DNA of 64,000 nt from Octopus vulgaris (lineage: Eukaryota), in contig OX597824.1 of NCBI GenBank assembly GCA_951406725.2, forward strand, positions 90,706,001 to 90,770,000. The letters run 5' to 3'. Below, in pieces: positions 29,560 through 43,257 of this stretch (positions within the stretch are counted from its first letter, which is position 1; each line of letters opens with the position of its first letter). The notes beneath the pieces are model-generated. The model saw only the letters and a program-made list of their open reading frames with translations, was not told where the DNA came from and did not search any database. The translations under genes were made by a program, and so were the position numbers.

Positions 29560-29690
29560 TGTGTGCTTGTGTGTGTGTGCGACTGCTGGCCTTCCATAAA
29601 CGACCTTGCCCGGACTTGTGCCTCGGAGGGTAACTTTCTAGGTACAATCCGATGGTCATTCATGACCGAAGGGGAGCTCTTCATATGCAG
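29343..29690 (+). mobile_element. SINE family A head plus (TG)n plus a different 3' segment
   Basis: Near-consensus head GGAGTGGCTGTGTGGTAAGTAGCTTGC...GGGTTCAGTCCC. The segment after (TG)n (GACTGCTGGCCTTCC...CATGACCGAAGGGG) is unlike the usual family A tail. Confidence 0.75.
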
Positions 29691-29919
29691 GTATGTATGT
29701 ATGTTTGTATGTATGTATGTATGTATGTATGTATGTATGTATGTATGTATGTATGTATATAATGTCGCACGAAGCACCAGTGAATAAAAAAATATATTTG
29801 TCTATATCATACTCGTTCGAATGACTGGATCGATTACTACGTCCCAGGGTATCTCCGCAGCGCAAAGGCTTATCACGTCCGAACATGATAAATATAGTTG
29901 TACACGAACACATACAAAC

Positions 29920-29964
<45 letters not shown>

Positions 29965-30718
29965 AATGTGTGTGTGTGTTTGTGCGTGTATGCATATACA
30001 CAGACACAGACACGCACACACACATATGCACTCACATATATTCATATGCTTACAGATACGCACACTTCGTGTAACCATAACTATCGTCTAATTTCAATCA
30101 TTTTAAGGATGATGATTGCTTGCGAAATCATTGCTTTCATTCAAAAATCGCCAGGTTGTGCATAGTCACAGACATTTTTTTATATATTTTGAATACAATT
30201 CACGTAAATGTCAAATTTGCTTCTCAATCCCTTGAGTATGGCCCTTGAAAATAACGCACCAAACAGAAAAAAAGGTCCACATAAAATTTCTAGAAATAAT
30301 CCTGGTTATGAAGAAATTTGTAACATAAGACGAGGCCAGATGGTTGGGTGAAATTTGAGAGAAATATGGCCGCCTAAAGTTTATATCAGAATAGACACGT
30401 CATAAGCTTCGAACTCCTAAGATTGTTCAGTAATATAGAGAAGCTAATGATGTAAACCCGAGCGTCAGCCAATAGGAGTAGAACTGTGATAAAAAAATAT
30501 TCTAGCTAAGGCAGAAGATAAAATAAAATAAGTAAAAATAAAAGCAGCACATACGAATGGGCATGCAAATATACGAAGAAACGCAAAAGTATAAAGATGC
30601 AGATGCACATAAGCATATATACATACATACATATATACATACATACATCATTGTATATGTATATACATACGTTTATATAAATGCATGAATATATATATAT
30701 GATCACATATATACACGT

Positions 30719-30812
<94 letters not shown>

Positions 30813-30950
30813 TTACATATGTATACACACACTCACGTATATATATGTATTTTATGTGTGTTTGCGCATGCACGATATAGGGAATACAAAAAGGCTAATT
30901 TGCTAAACGAGGGCTAAATTTTATCAATCAATACAATCATTAATTACGTG

Positions 30951-30991
<41 letters not shown>

Positions 30992-30998
<7 letters not shown>

Positions 30999-31162
30999 AT
31001 CACATGACCGACCAGACCATCAGATGTAGTTACACATCGCTGGTCACAATGCGTTCACATTGTTTTAGCCTTCGAATGATGCCACCCCGCTGGCTAAGCG
31101 AGCAGGCCAACAGAAGAAAGAGTGGGAGAAAGAGTGGTGAAAGAGTACAGCAGGGATCATCA
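30992..31162 (-). mobile_element. SINE 3' fragment related to family C
   Basis: Plus AAGAGTGGGAGAAAGAGTGGTGAAAGAGTACAGCAGGG is the reverse complement of a block resembling 50358-50400. Confidence 0.6.
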
Positions 31163-31855
31163 CATATGTGTATATATGTGTATATACATATATATTTACA
31201 CATATATTCATTCATATATTTATGTATTTATGTGTATGTGTATATATATATTACATATATAGGTGCGTATATATATATATATATGTATATATACATTCAT
31301 TATACATACGTACATACAAAAACAACATATATATATAAGAATGTATATATACATACATATATATTTATATATACACATATACATACAGGCATACTAATAA
31401 TATATACATGTATGTATATATATATACATACATACATACACATATATATATACGCATACATATATGTATATATATATGTGTATATGTATGTATAATTAGA
31501 TAGATAAATAGATTGGAATATATTTTTCGACACAGGTATATACAGGCGCGCGCACACAGCCATTTCGGCGTGAAAGCATATGTACCGCGATTATGCATAT
31601 AAGCAAGAATAATTCAGTTTGAAGACATCTCGCGTGATTCTTATTCTTGTCTTACATTATCGTAACTGTTTCGCGTATAACAATAGACACACATACATGC
31701 ACACACACACATATAAAGCAATATTCATATATATATATGTATCTATTTATATTTATATACATGCAGCTCTAAGCATACTCCACACATATAATTTATATGT
31801 GTGTGTATGCTTTTGTTTCTGCGTGTGTCAGTATGTACGTATGCATGTATATAGA

Positions 31856-31925
<70 letters not shown>

Positions 31926-31988
31926 CATATGTATATGTAAACATATATATATATACATACATATTTATGTATATGTATACGTATATAT

Positions 31989-32058
<70 letters not shown>

Positions 32059-32089
32059 CTATATATATATATTTAAGTAGATTTACATC

Positions 32090-32121
<32 letters not shown>

Positions 32122-32181
32122 GCGCACGTGTAATTAAATATATACCTGTATATACAAATGCATACATACATATATATATAT

Positions 32182-32236
<55 letters not shown>

Positions 32237-32247
32237 TGTATATATAC

Positions 32248-32289
<42 letters not shown>

Positions 32290-32771
32290 TATATACACAT
32301 ACACATATGCGTTTGAGGTTTATACGTGTTCATGCTTTTATGTATATCTGTATATATGTATGTATGTATAGCTGTATATATGTGTATATGTACGCATGCA
32401 TGTACGTACGTATATATTAATGTAGACAGACGATCGAGAAAAGCGTATGTGTGCACACAATGTGTTGCTCAGCTTCTCATTCTTTTCCATTTCATCGGTT
32501 CTGAACATTAATTTTCTAATGCATCCCACATTTACACAATAATACAACATATACTCCGCCTCGAGCAATCTTCGGCGAACGCCTCTACATCTAGGACAAC
32601 GTATCGGTAGATCTACGGATCTAGGTAGGTATGCATGTACCTACATATGTATGTGTGTGTGTCAATAATATACGTATATATGAGTTGCGAGTGTGTGTTT
32701 ATACTTATATATAAATGTATGCGTATATGTATGGATGTACATGCATGTGTGTGTGTGTGTGTGTCTCTCTC

Positions 32772-32820
<49 letters not shown>

Positions 32821-33495
32821 TTATATTTATATTTATATTTATATATGTATATATATGTATATATATGTGTGTACATATGCATATATATATATGCATAAAC
32901 ACATACATATATATATGCATAAATGTATATATATATATATATATACATACATGCTTAAATACATATATTGGTTTATGATGTATACAATATTTTATATATA
33001 CATTTATATATGTATATTATATTTATTTGTGTGTGTGTGAGTATATTTATACATACATATATATATATATATATATATGTGTATATATATACATAAAACA
33101 TATGTACATATGTACATACATGCACACATACATACATATATACATTTCTCTCTCTACCTATCTACTTATCTATCTATCTAACTATCTCTCTACCTATACA
33201 CGCACACATACATGGACATAGTGTAATTATTTCCCAGGAAATACAATGAGCTGCCTAAAGCAATTCCATGCCATTGAGGAATGTATTATATATATATGTA
33301 TTGGTGTTTTAGTGTTTTGTAATATTTCAACACACATACACATAGACGCATGCAGATACATACACACACACACTCATACAGACACCCACATTTTATATAG
33401 ATATATGTATAAATAAAATTTGTATACAAATATATGTACATATATATGTACGTATATATATATATATATATAAACACATATATATGAACGTATAT

Positions 33496-33557
<62 letters not shown>

Positions 33558-33577
33558 ATATACGTTCATATATATGT

Positions 33578-33642
<65 letters not shown>

Positions 33643-34727
33643 GAGTGTGTTTATATATATAGACACATGGCCAGAACGATAGACGATGACAATAGCATAT
33701 AATGAGAACATTACGCCACGTGCGTATTCTCTACGTGTGTGTATAGTTTTTAGCTTTTTTGGTTTTCTATGTCTGAATGGTGGCGATCTGACAGAATCGT
33801 TTGTACACCGGGATAAAATGTTCATCGGTATTTCGTTTAAATTCCGCCGAGGTTGACTCTGCTTCTCGTCCTTTTGCGAAGCACTTGGGATAGGGTTGGG
33901 ATCTCGATGTAATCGACTTACTTCCACCGAAACTGCGGGCCTTGTACCTATGTATAATTTGCTTTTTTGCAATCTTGTGTACGTGTATCTTTACCTGTTA
34001 CACGCATGCGTGCCAATGCCTATGCATGTATATGAACAAGGGCCGACTCATATATTCCCAACCTGGTTGGGACCCCGGTCCATGGCAGGTTGAATGGGTT
34101 GGAGCAATGTGAAATGAAGTGTGTTTCTCAGGAAGAAAATGCGTCACCCTGTCCAGGAATCGAAATCACAATCTTACGATCATGTGTCCAATACTCTAAC
34201 CACTATGCCACGCGCCCCACTCATGTATATGATTATATATGTGTGCAAGTGTGTGTCTGTGTGTGTGTGTATTTGTGTAAATTTGTGTGTTTCTCTATAT
34301 ACGTACATATACATACGTACACGCGCATATACATACATACATACACATACATACACATACATACACACATACATACATATACACATATACAAATACAGAC
34401 ACACATACATACACACATACACACACACATACATGCATACACACACGCATACATACATACACACACACGTTCGTATATACATACACACACAGACACATAT
34501 TCAAACACATACATACATACATACACACATACATACATACACACATACATACGCACGCACACAAACATACATAATACATACATACATACATACATACATA
34601 CATACATACATACATACATACATACTCTGTTGTTGATATTGAAATTCCAGTGAAGGAGCCTTGGATCTACGTTAGAAACCGGCTCTTTCTCAATTGACAA
34701 GAAATCTTGAAGTAAAACTTAATAATG

Positions 34728-34759
<32 letters not shown>

Positions 34760-35655
34760 CTAAACACCTAATTATATATTACTATAATATGTACGCATTT
34801 TGTTTATTCATTTTTACATTTATATGCCATGTATTACATTTTCTTGCATGTGTATATGTATGTCTTTATACACACACACACAAGCACACAAAGCATAATT
34901 GCATTAGAAATAGCATACATTTTGATCTGTTTTAACACAGCAAATAAATCGTTAGAAATGCTCCTGTCCAGGAATCGAAACATGTGGCACAATCTTACGA
35001 TCATGGTTTTTTGTCCAATACTCTAACCACTATGCCACGCGCCCCACTCATGTATATGATTATATATGTGTGCCTTAAGTGTGTGTCTGTGTGTGTGTGT
35101 ATTTGTGTAAATTTGTGTGTTTCTCTATATACGTACATATACATACGTACACGCGCATATACATACATACATACACATATGTGATACTTGACATTACATA
35201 CTTTATCATACGCAATATTTGTAGTAACCACCAGACGGATATTTGCTCTCTTCTGAAACGGAATACGTCCATTAGATTGGAAACTTATCCTACCTTAACG
35301 TTCGTATATACATACACACACAGACATTCATATTCAAACACATACATACATACATACACACATACACACATACACGCGTATATTATCTCAGACACACACA
35401 CACACGTGTGTGTGTGTGTGTGTGAACGCTATCTTCTACTTTTAATTATTTGAAGTCTTCCTGTAAAGAAGGAGCTGGTTTTTAACAAAGATACAAAGTT
35501 CCACTGTTGAAAGAAAGATAAAACAATGAGAAAAAAAACACATGTTTTAAACCTGAGAAAACTCTTGTATATTTATATTGTTCCGATTAATGATTGTATT
35601 TGTAATGTGCGTGTCAGCTGGTTGATTTCTTTTTGTGAAGACCTCTGCTTTTTTC

Positions 35656-36128
35656 AGATTATCACTCAGGCATTCTTTGACAAAACCAAGATTATCACTC
35701 AGGCATTCTTTGACAAAACCAAGATTATCACTTAGGCATTCACTGACAAAACCAAGATTATCACTTAGGCATTCTTTGACAAAACCAAGATTATCACTCA
35801 GGCATTCTTTGACAAAACCAAGATTATCACTTAGGCATTCTTTGACAAAACCAAGATTATCACTTAGGCATTCTTTGACAAAACCAAGATTATCACTTAG
35901 GCATTCTTTGACAAAACCAAGATTATCACTTAGGCATTCTTTGACAAAACCAAGATTATCACTCAGGCATTCTTTGACAAAACCAAGATTATCACTCAGG
36001 CATTCTTTGACAAAACCAAGATTATCACTCAGGCATTCTTTGACAAAACCAAGATTATCACTCAGGCATTCTTTGACAAAACCAAGATTATCACTTAGGC
36101 ATTCACTGACAAAACATCGATTATCATT
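35656..36128. repeat. 33-bp minisatellite, 14 copies plus partial
   Basis: Unit AGATTATCACTYAGGCATTCTTTGACAAAACCA; two units carry the variant TTCACTGAC; no spacers. Confidence 0.97.
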
Positions 36129-36317
36129 AGTATATATGAGAATTTAGAATCTGGATATAGAAGCTGAAGGTTTCGAAGTAGTTGTCCTCTTTCTCCTTTT
36201 TCTCCTTGAATATTCGATGAGACATTTCCATCAACAGAGTTGTTGATCGCTATGGCGGTACATATTTTGCAGTGTCTGTCTTAAACAACAATATCCGACC
36301 CGTTAGGCTTTCACTTA

Positions 36318-36565
36318 CTCTCTTACTTTTACTTGTTTCAGTCATTTGACTGTGGCCATGCTGGGGCACCGCCTTTAGTCGAGCAAATCGATCCCAGGAC
36401 TTATTCATTGTAAGCCTAGTACTTACTCTATCGGTCTGTTTTGCCGAACCACTAAGTTACGGGGACGTAAACACACCAGCATCTGTTGTCAAGCGATGTT
36501 GGGAGGGGGAAGGACAAACACAGACACAAACATATACACACACACATACACACACATACATACAT

Positions 36566-36628
<63 letters not shown>

Positions 36629-36629
36629 G

Positions 36630-36684
<55 letters not shown>

Positions 36685-36841
36685 CGACGGTCTTCTTCAG
36701 TTTTCGTCTACTATATCCACTCACGAGGCTAAGGCCAGCCCTAAGCTATAGTAGAAGACACTTGCCCAAGATGCCACGCATTGGGACTGAACCCGGCAAT
36801 TTGTGGTTCGTAAGCAAGCTACTTACCACACAGCCACTCCT
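36318..36841 (-). mobile_element. Full-length SINE family A nested in the LINE remnant
   Basis: Tail TTTTACTTGTTTCAGTCATTTGACTG to head CACAGCCACTCC, internal CA/TA/GATA tract, possible 5-bp duplication ACTTA (36313-36317, 36842-36846). Confidence 0.92.
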
Positions 36842-37266
36842 ACTTAGTAAAGTTTCCTTTCTTTCATTTCTTGTGTTGATAGTTATCTATGTACTCAGTT
36901 ATAGAGAAGCTCTATATTTATCCGAGGACATACTTCTTTTTGAGTGGCATCGAATATTATTTTAGCGACAACATCGTGTCACATCGGGAGGCAGTACCTT
37001 GGTGACATTTTCGAGCAGATGCTAAGCACGTGCGCGATGTCTTCTTCAGGAATATGACGTATCGGACATCTACGGTTGCGTCTTGTACGTCTGTATGTAA
37101 TGCATATATCTGGTTGTGTATAGATGTACGTATAATGTACGTAAACAGGCATTTTATATTCTTTAGCAGTTTGTGGACAATAGAGTCCTTGGTTACATAT
37201 TTTCAAAGGCCAACTTAGAGGATTCGATGCCAATTTATACTCTGGGAGATATATATATATATATGA

Positions 37267-37438
<172 letters not shown>

Positions 37439-37445
37439 TTACTGA

Positions 37446-37577
37446 GCTGAAAAGCAATTGGATTACTGACTTAGGAGCTCAGAAGTTTTATTTGCTATTG
37501 ATCTTGGTAATTTACGGAGATCAATCGCCAGATAAAACTTACGGATTCCTAACTCGGTAATTAAATTTCTTTTCTGC
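37446..37577. repeat. Imperfect palindrome (arms about 65 bp) flanked by (TG)n on the left and CA-rich repeat on the right
   Basis: GCTGAAAAGCAATT...AAGTTTTATTTGCTATTGATCTTGGTAA versus reverse complement GCAGAAAAGAAATT...AAGTTTTATCTGGCGATTGATCTCCGTAAA. Confidence 0.75.
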
Positions 37578-37830
37578 ATTACATACACACACACACACAC
37601 ACACATACATACATACATATATACACACACACATACATACATACATACATACATGCACGCATACACACACACACACACATACATACATACATACACACAC
37701 ATACATACATACACACACACATATATACATACATACATACATACATAGATACATACGTACATACATACACACATAAATACATACATACACACATACACAC
37801 AGACATACATACATACACACACACATACAC

Positions 37831-37863
<33 letters not shown>

Positions 37864-38098
37864 CACACACACATACATGCATACATACATACATATCTTC
37901 CTCTGTGTGTGTGTGTATTTGTGCTTGTGTAAGTGTGTGTATACTTACATATATATACATACATATATACATACATGCGTACATACATACATTCATGATT
38001 TTCTTAGAATTTTATTCAAGTTCTTCTTAAGAATGTTCAAGCTGCTCTCTAACAACGTGACAAGACATTTTGAGTTTAGAGTTTCCGGTGTTAGTAAA

Positions 38099-38980
38099 TA
38101 CGAGGTACGTTCAAAACGGATCCGTCTTTATGTTTTCCCGCCTAAACTAATGCTGCGCGGATAAAATCCTTTCGGTGGGATGTGACGTCACCCTTCCTGC
38201 GCGTGCGCTAAGATTTTTTCGCCGCTAGGTCACGCCATTTGTTGCTGTTACTCCTACGGCATAGGCGTGTTATGCTCGCTCGTCGGATTTTCGTTTTGAT
38301 ACAAGATAACCGAAGGTATCAAGCAGAAAGCATAAACCCATGTCTAATCACCGGTGGTGATGGTCTTCGTGAAGTCCGGGTTGTGGTTTGCACAGTCCAA
38401 CATGTTCCAGTGGTTTGCACAATCCATCATGTTCCAGTGGTTTGCACAATCCAACATGTTCCAGTTGTTTGCGCAGTCCAACCTGTTCCAGTGGTTTGCA
38501 CAATCCAACATGTTCCAGTGGTTTGCACAGACCAACATGTCCCCAATGATTTCCAAGCGGTGTTGCTTCTACTGTTCCGCCAGAACCTTGCCGATGGATT
38601 TCGCTGGGCATACTCCACATGCAAAAATCCTCCGTTGAAATGAAAAGCACACTGACCCTCTGCTTATTCCTGCTTTGTGAGAAATTTCCTACATGGTTAC
38701 TCGAGACATTTCCATGACTATACGCCAAACCATCTCAATCGTCTCCTCATTCCATCTTATAGATGGCCTACCTGAGCGTGCCTCAGGTGGCCAAACGTGT
38801 GGCCATGTTTGAAGCGGTTGTACTACTCCTTGATCTGAGTCTCGTCCGTGGCTCAAACACCAAAGACCTGTTGAATCTTCTAGATGGTTTGAGCTTGGGT
38901 ATCACCGAAATTTTCGCTAAACTTGATGCAATATCTCTGCTGGATGTGTTTGGTAAAAACAAAACTTCAGCAAGCGGAGA
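38099..38980 (-). mobile_element. Mariner (DD34D-type) remnant
   Basis: Terminus TA-CGAGGTACGTTCAAAA at 38099. Minus strand IQQRYCIKF...TI*KIQQVFG...IKE*YNRFKHG (HTH) and RLEIIGDML...NPDFTKTITTGD*TWVY (GDETWVY motif with a stop). Confidence 0.85.
38383..38544. repeat. 27-bp tandem repeat, 6 copies, inside the transposase remnant
   Basis: Unit GTGGTTTGCACAATCCAACATGTTCCA, encoding WNMLDCANH on the minus strand. Confidence 0.95.
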
Positions 38981-39328
38981 TTTGCAATGTCTTATATATC
39001 TTCACTGTGCCACTAATAAATCAGATTCGGAGAACCAGCGTCCGTTCTTTTGATCTTTTTTCGAAAGAAGACAGTACTCTATGTTTGTGTGTATGTGTGT
39101 GTGTATGTATGTATGTATGTATGTATGTATGTATGTATGTATGTATGTATGTATGTATGTATGTATGTATGTATGTATGTATGTATGTATGTATGTATGT
39201 ATGTACGTATGTATGTATGTATATATGCATGTATGTATGCATGTATATGAATACACATACACGTGTATATATATACATGTGTATGTGTGCGTCCGTTCAT
39301 ACATATGTGTGTGTAATTATATATTTAG

Positions 39329-39367
<39 letters not shown>

Positions 39368-39617
39368 GAGAAAGAAAAGAATAAATAAATGAATTAATGC
39401 ATGAAGGAAGGAAGAAAGGAAGGAAGGAAGAAAGGAAGGAAGGAAGAAAGGAAGGAAGGAAGGAAGGAAGGAAAGAGGGAAAGAAGGAAAGAAAGAAGAA
39501 AGCTGACTTTGATCGTTGCGTGTTGCTTGTTTGTCCGTGTTCGTGAAAACGGGTATGGTAGTTTGCTGCTATCTATCAAGCTCTCTCTCTCTCTCTCTTC
39601 TCTCTCCCTCTCTCTCC

Positions 39618-39658
<41 letters not shown>

Positions 39659-39949
39659 CGTACATCGAAGAAACGCATCCGTATATATAAATGCACACAC
39701 ACACACATACGCGTGCGTGTACACAGGTGGAAGCTCACACATACACGCACATAGGCCAATATACAGATGCACATATACGCATATAGGTAACATATTCGCA
39801 GACATACACACACACACGAATAGATTCATTACCACACTCACATACATGAACACAGACAGAATCACAAACCATTCATATACACATATAAACAAAATCATAC
39901 ATACATACATATATATATATATGTGTATATATGTATGTATGGATATGTG

Positions 39950-39994
<45 letters not shown>

Positions 39995-42123
39995 ATGTAT
40001 ATATATATACATATATATATATACACACACATACATATATGTATACATATCCACAGGCACACTCGTACACTTATATAAACATATACATATTTCACAGACA
40101 TACATACATACACATACGTACAGGTACACTTGCACACTCAGTGAGAGACTCACATAATTGCATTTAATATCCTTAATTGTTGCTAATTGCAAATCCAGCT
40201 TCGAGTTTCATTAACCTGGAGGACTTCAGAAATATAGAAAGCAGATTAATGAAACACTTTTCGTAGCGTGTAAACATCCCAGGAAGACATACGTCCCTGA
40301 AAGGGGCCAAATATTTTGATTGTCGACCTCAAACTCAAAAGTGCTCTTTAAAATTATCGCTTACACGCATATAGAAATACGACACGCGCACTTATACACA
40401 CACACACACACGTTGAGATTGTGTGACATCACAAACGTATAGAGACAGGTAGTTAAATGTACTTCACTATTGAAAGTTTTGTACGTTTAAAAGATTATCC
40501 TAGGTTTTCTTAACTCTAATCCCAGAACCAAACCCAAGTTGGCCGTCAATCTATAATACATTCATGGGACTGGGGACCATATGTGAACTTAGATTCCCAT
40601 TGAAAATCCGAACATGACTCCCTACACCGTGACAACGAGCGATGACCACGGCTACGGTATCCGCGCAGTCCAACGCCTTTGCTTGCCGTGGGACATTTAT
40701 CTAATTTGTAAGGTGGATATTTGGGGCCGCGGGCATTACTTTTACCTGCTGGAATGCTACAGCCGATCGTCGGGTTTGGTCAGCATTCGTGAGGGACGCG
40801 GTAAACTCGCTGGCCGTAGCCGGATCAGCCCACCCTTGTTGAATGCCTTCTCAAGAACAAGCAGTACTATAAAATAATCGAACTCTAACCCCAACTAATT
40901 TATAATCTTAAACCCAATCCTACCGAATTTGAAGCGCCGTTAAAGCGTAGGGCAAAAACCCTCGTGGTATTTGTCTTGACACTGCGTTCAAAGCTTTGCT
41001 AGCTTAGAAGATTGTCCCAAGATTTTCCTAACTCTAATCCCGATCCCCAACACTGAGCAAGCCCTTATTCCATATTGAAACCAAACACTAATCTCCACCA
41101 CGTCATAATCTTAATACAACTTTTTTCTAATTGGCAAATCTATTAAAATATAAGACGAAAATGCTTATGGCAAATATCCTGTATCTGCGTTCTGTGTTCA
41201 AATTACGCCTGTGTCCTCTTTGCCATTTTTATTCTATGAAAATCGGTTAAATATCAGCAGCACCAGTCAAGGGCAGTGGATTAGCAAAACAGATGAAGCG
41301 TGGGACTCGATGCCTTGTGATAATTGCTCTGCTTCTTTGTATTCTAATTTCTCGAGTGGTTGACTTAATCCTTGGTTCGGTTTAACCCCACCACGTGACC
41401 ATTGGGTGGCTTTAAAAGAGTTTACTCTGTTGCAAGCATTTCGGACAGGTTTCCATTTTGAGGATCAGTTCCAGACTCCATGTCATGTAAGCTATAAAAA
41501 TGAAGGATTATGTGCGCTGTTCCTCGCGCCAAGACTAAAAAAGAAAGGATCTGAAAGTACCTCTTTAAGAATTTGTCCTTTTGTTGTTGGTGGGGGGTAG
41601 TGGTGGTAGTAGTAGTTGTGGTGGTAGTGGTGATGGTGGCGGTGATGTTGGTTGTGGGAACGGTGGTGTTATTTGGTTAACCAAGATCAACAAGCTTTCC
41701 GGTCGTGGTGAGCCGTCTTCACAAAGGTTTCTGAGATTGCACAATCAAATATATCGTTCTCGTTTTAAAATGGAAAGGTATGATTACAGAGGATTTTACT
41801 ATTATTTCCAATAGGGGGGAGGGATCATATATATGTATTCATTTCCTTTGATCACCATTATGAGATGTGCTTTGGAAAAGTCTATTTAATGCCATCTGTG
41901 TATCTGCTAATTTTTGTCTAAACACAGAACTATAAGATTACCCACGTTTGTCATGATCTTGCTTACTATAGTGAGTTGCTACTCTACAAGGTAGTAGAGT
42001 AACAATTCACTGATTTTGTTCAAACTCAGGTTGACCCGAATCAAAAAATTACGTGATCATATACACTCCATCCGTGATCATCCTGTCAGTTTGCATACCA
42101 GAAACTACATGGCCCAACTACAA

Positions 42124-42540
42124 GGCGGTGAGCTGGCAGAAACGTTAGCACGCCGGGCGAAATGCGTAGCCGTATTTCGTCTGCCGCTACGTTCTGAGTT
42201 CAAATTCCGCCGAAGTCTACTTTGCCTTTCATCCTTTCGGGGTCGATTAAATAAGTACTAGTTACGCACTGGGGTAGATGTAATCGACTTAATCCATTTG
42301 TCTGTCCTTGATTGTCCTCTCTGTGTTTAACCCCTTGTGGGTAGTAAAGAAATAGGTATTTCGTCTGCTGTTACGTTCTGAGTTCAAATTCCGCCGAGGT
42401 TGACTTTGCCTTTCATCGTTTCGGAGTCGATAAATTAAGTACCAGTTACGCACTGGGGTCGATATAATCGACTTAATCCGTTTGTCTGTCCTTGTTCGTT
42501 CTTCTCAATGTTTAGCCCCTTTGTGGGTAGTAAAGAAATA
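42124..42540 (+). mobile_element. SINE family B with internally duplicated body and 18-bp target-site duplication
   Basis: Head GGCGGTGAGCTGGCAGAAACGTTAGC, body GTATTTCGTCTG...GTAAAGAAATA present twice, AGAAACTACATGGCCCAA at 42100-42117 and 42541-42558. Confidence 0.92.
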
Positions 42541-42917
42541 AGAAACTACATGGCCCAATATGTTAATACATTTTTAATGCTGAAAATTGTATTACGACTA
42601 CACCAACACATAACGTAATTTTTAGGGAATTAGGCTGTAATTTTTTTTTTTTTTACATAACAAGCGACTATATATATAGCCGCGAGTTGACAATACGCAT
42701 TCTCTAGTCAATAAACAGGTTTTCTTCCCTCTAATAAATTAAAGTGGTTTCTGCTCCTCTGAATTAGCAAGTTATGGTATAATTTCCATATAAGGTAACC
42801 GAGACACTCGTTGCTCCTCTTCTCGATTCCCATGCTATGTATAATCACGTACCAACTAAATCGCCACATAAGCCACCTTCTTCTAATTATGCCTTCCCAA
42901 ATAACATTCATCTAGAA

Positions 42918-43257
42918 CAGGGGGGTTCTCAACCATTTTTTACCTCTGGACCCCTTTGATTACTATTTTATTCTAGTGGACCCTCCATAGTTATTCGATC
43001 GCTAGTTTTATACAAGAACTTCTTTCAAAATTCCTATTTTGTTTCTCGCACTTGTGTAGGTTGAATTATATAAAATGTTTGAGAAAAAACCATGCTGTTT
43101 CCTGCAATACATACCAATACATACATTTAAAACAAAATTTTCTTTGGAGCCCTTAAAATACTATTCTGGATCCCTAATTTATTATTTTGTGGTGTGGACC
43201 CCCAAAAATCTAAAATTGACCCTCAGGAGCCATTTGGATCCCGGCTGAGATCCACTG
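42918..43257 (+). mobile_element. hAT-type MITE
   Basis: Termini CAGGGGGGTTCTCAACC and GGCTGAGATCCACTG, 8-bp flanks ATCTAGAA / AACTAGAA. Confidence 0.85.

Larger units (their letters stand above)
35545..37235 (-). pseudogene. Decayed R4/Dong-like LINE 3' region (zinc knuckle, RHD, endonuclease) interrupted by a SINE and a 33-bp expansion
   Basis: Minus-strand pieces in order: RCPIRHIPEEDIAHVLSICSKMSPRYCLPM*HDVVAK, [SINE], PNGSDIVV*DRHCKIC...GQLLRNLQLLYPDSKF...II, (GFVxECLSDNL)n, KEINQLTRTLQIQSLIGTINIYKSFLRF. Confidence 0.8.

Noticed and set aside
32498-32580. Minus-strand GTTCG-CCGAAGA...GAAAATTAATGTTC-AGAAC, and similar weak layouts at 8254-8302 and 34641-34690
   Set aside because: Possibly decayed hammerheads, but several core or helix mismatches make them indistinguishable from chance by eye.
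35656-36128. 33-bp array (and the 27-bp array at 38383) as CRISPR
   Set aside because: Head-to-tail units with no spacers, no cas genes and a eukaryotic context.
35635-36147. Plus-strand ORF (RLSLRHSLTKP)n behind a good splice acceptor, with only synonymous unit variants
   Set aside because: Both flanks are continuous LINE endonuclease sequence on the minus strand, which explains the unit. Three variable sites are too few to show selection.
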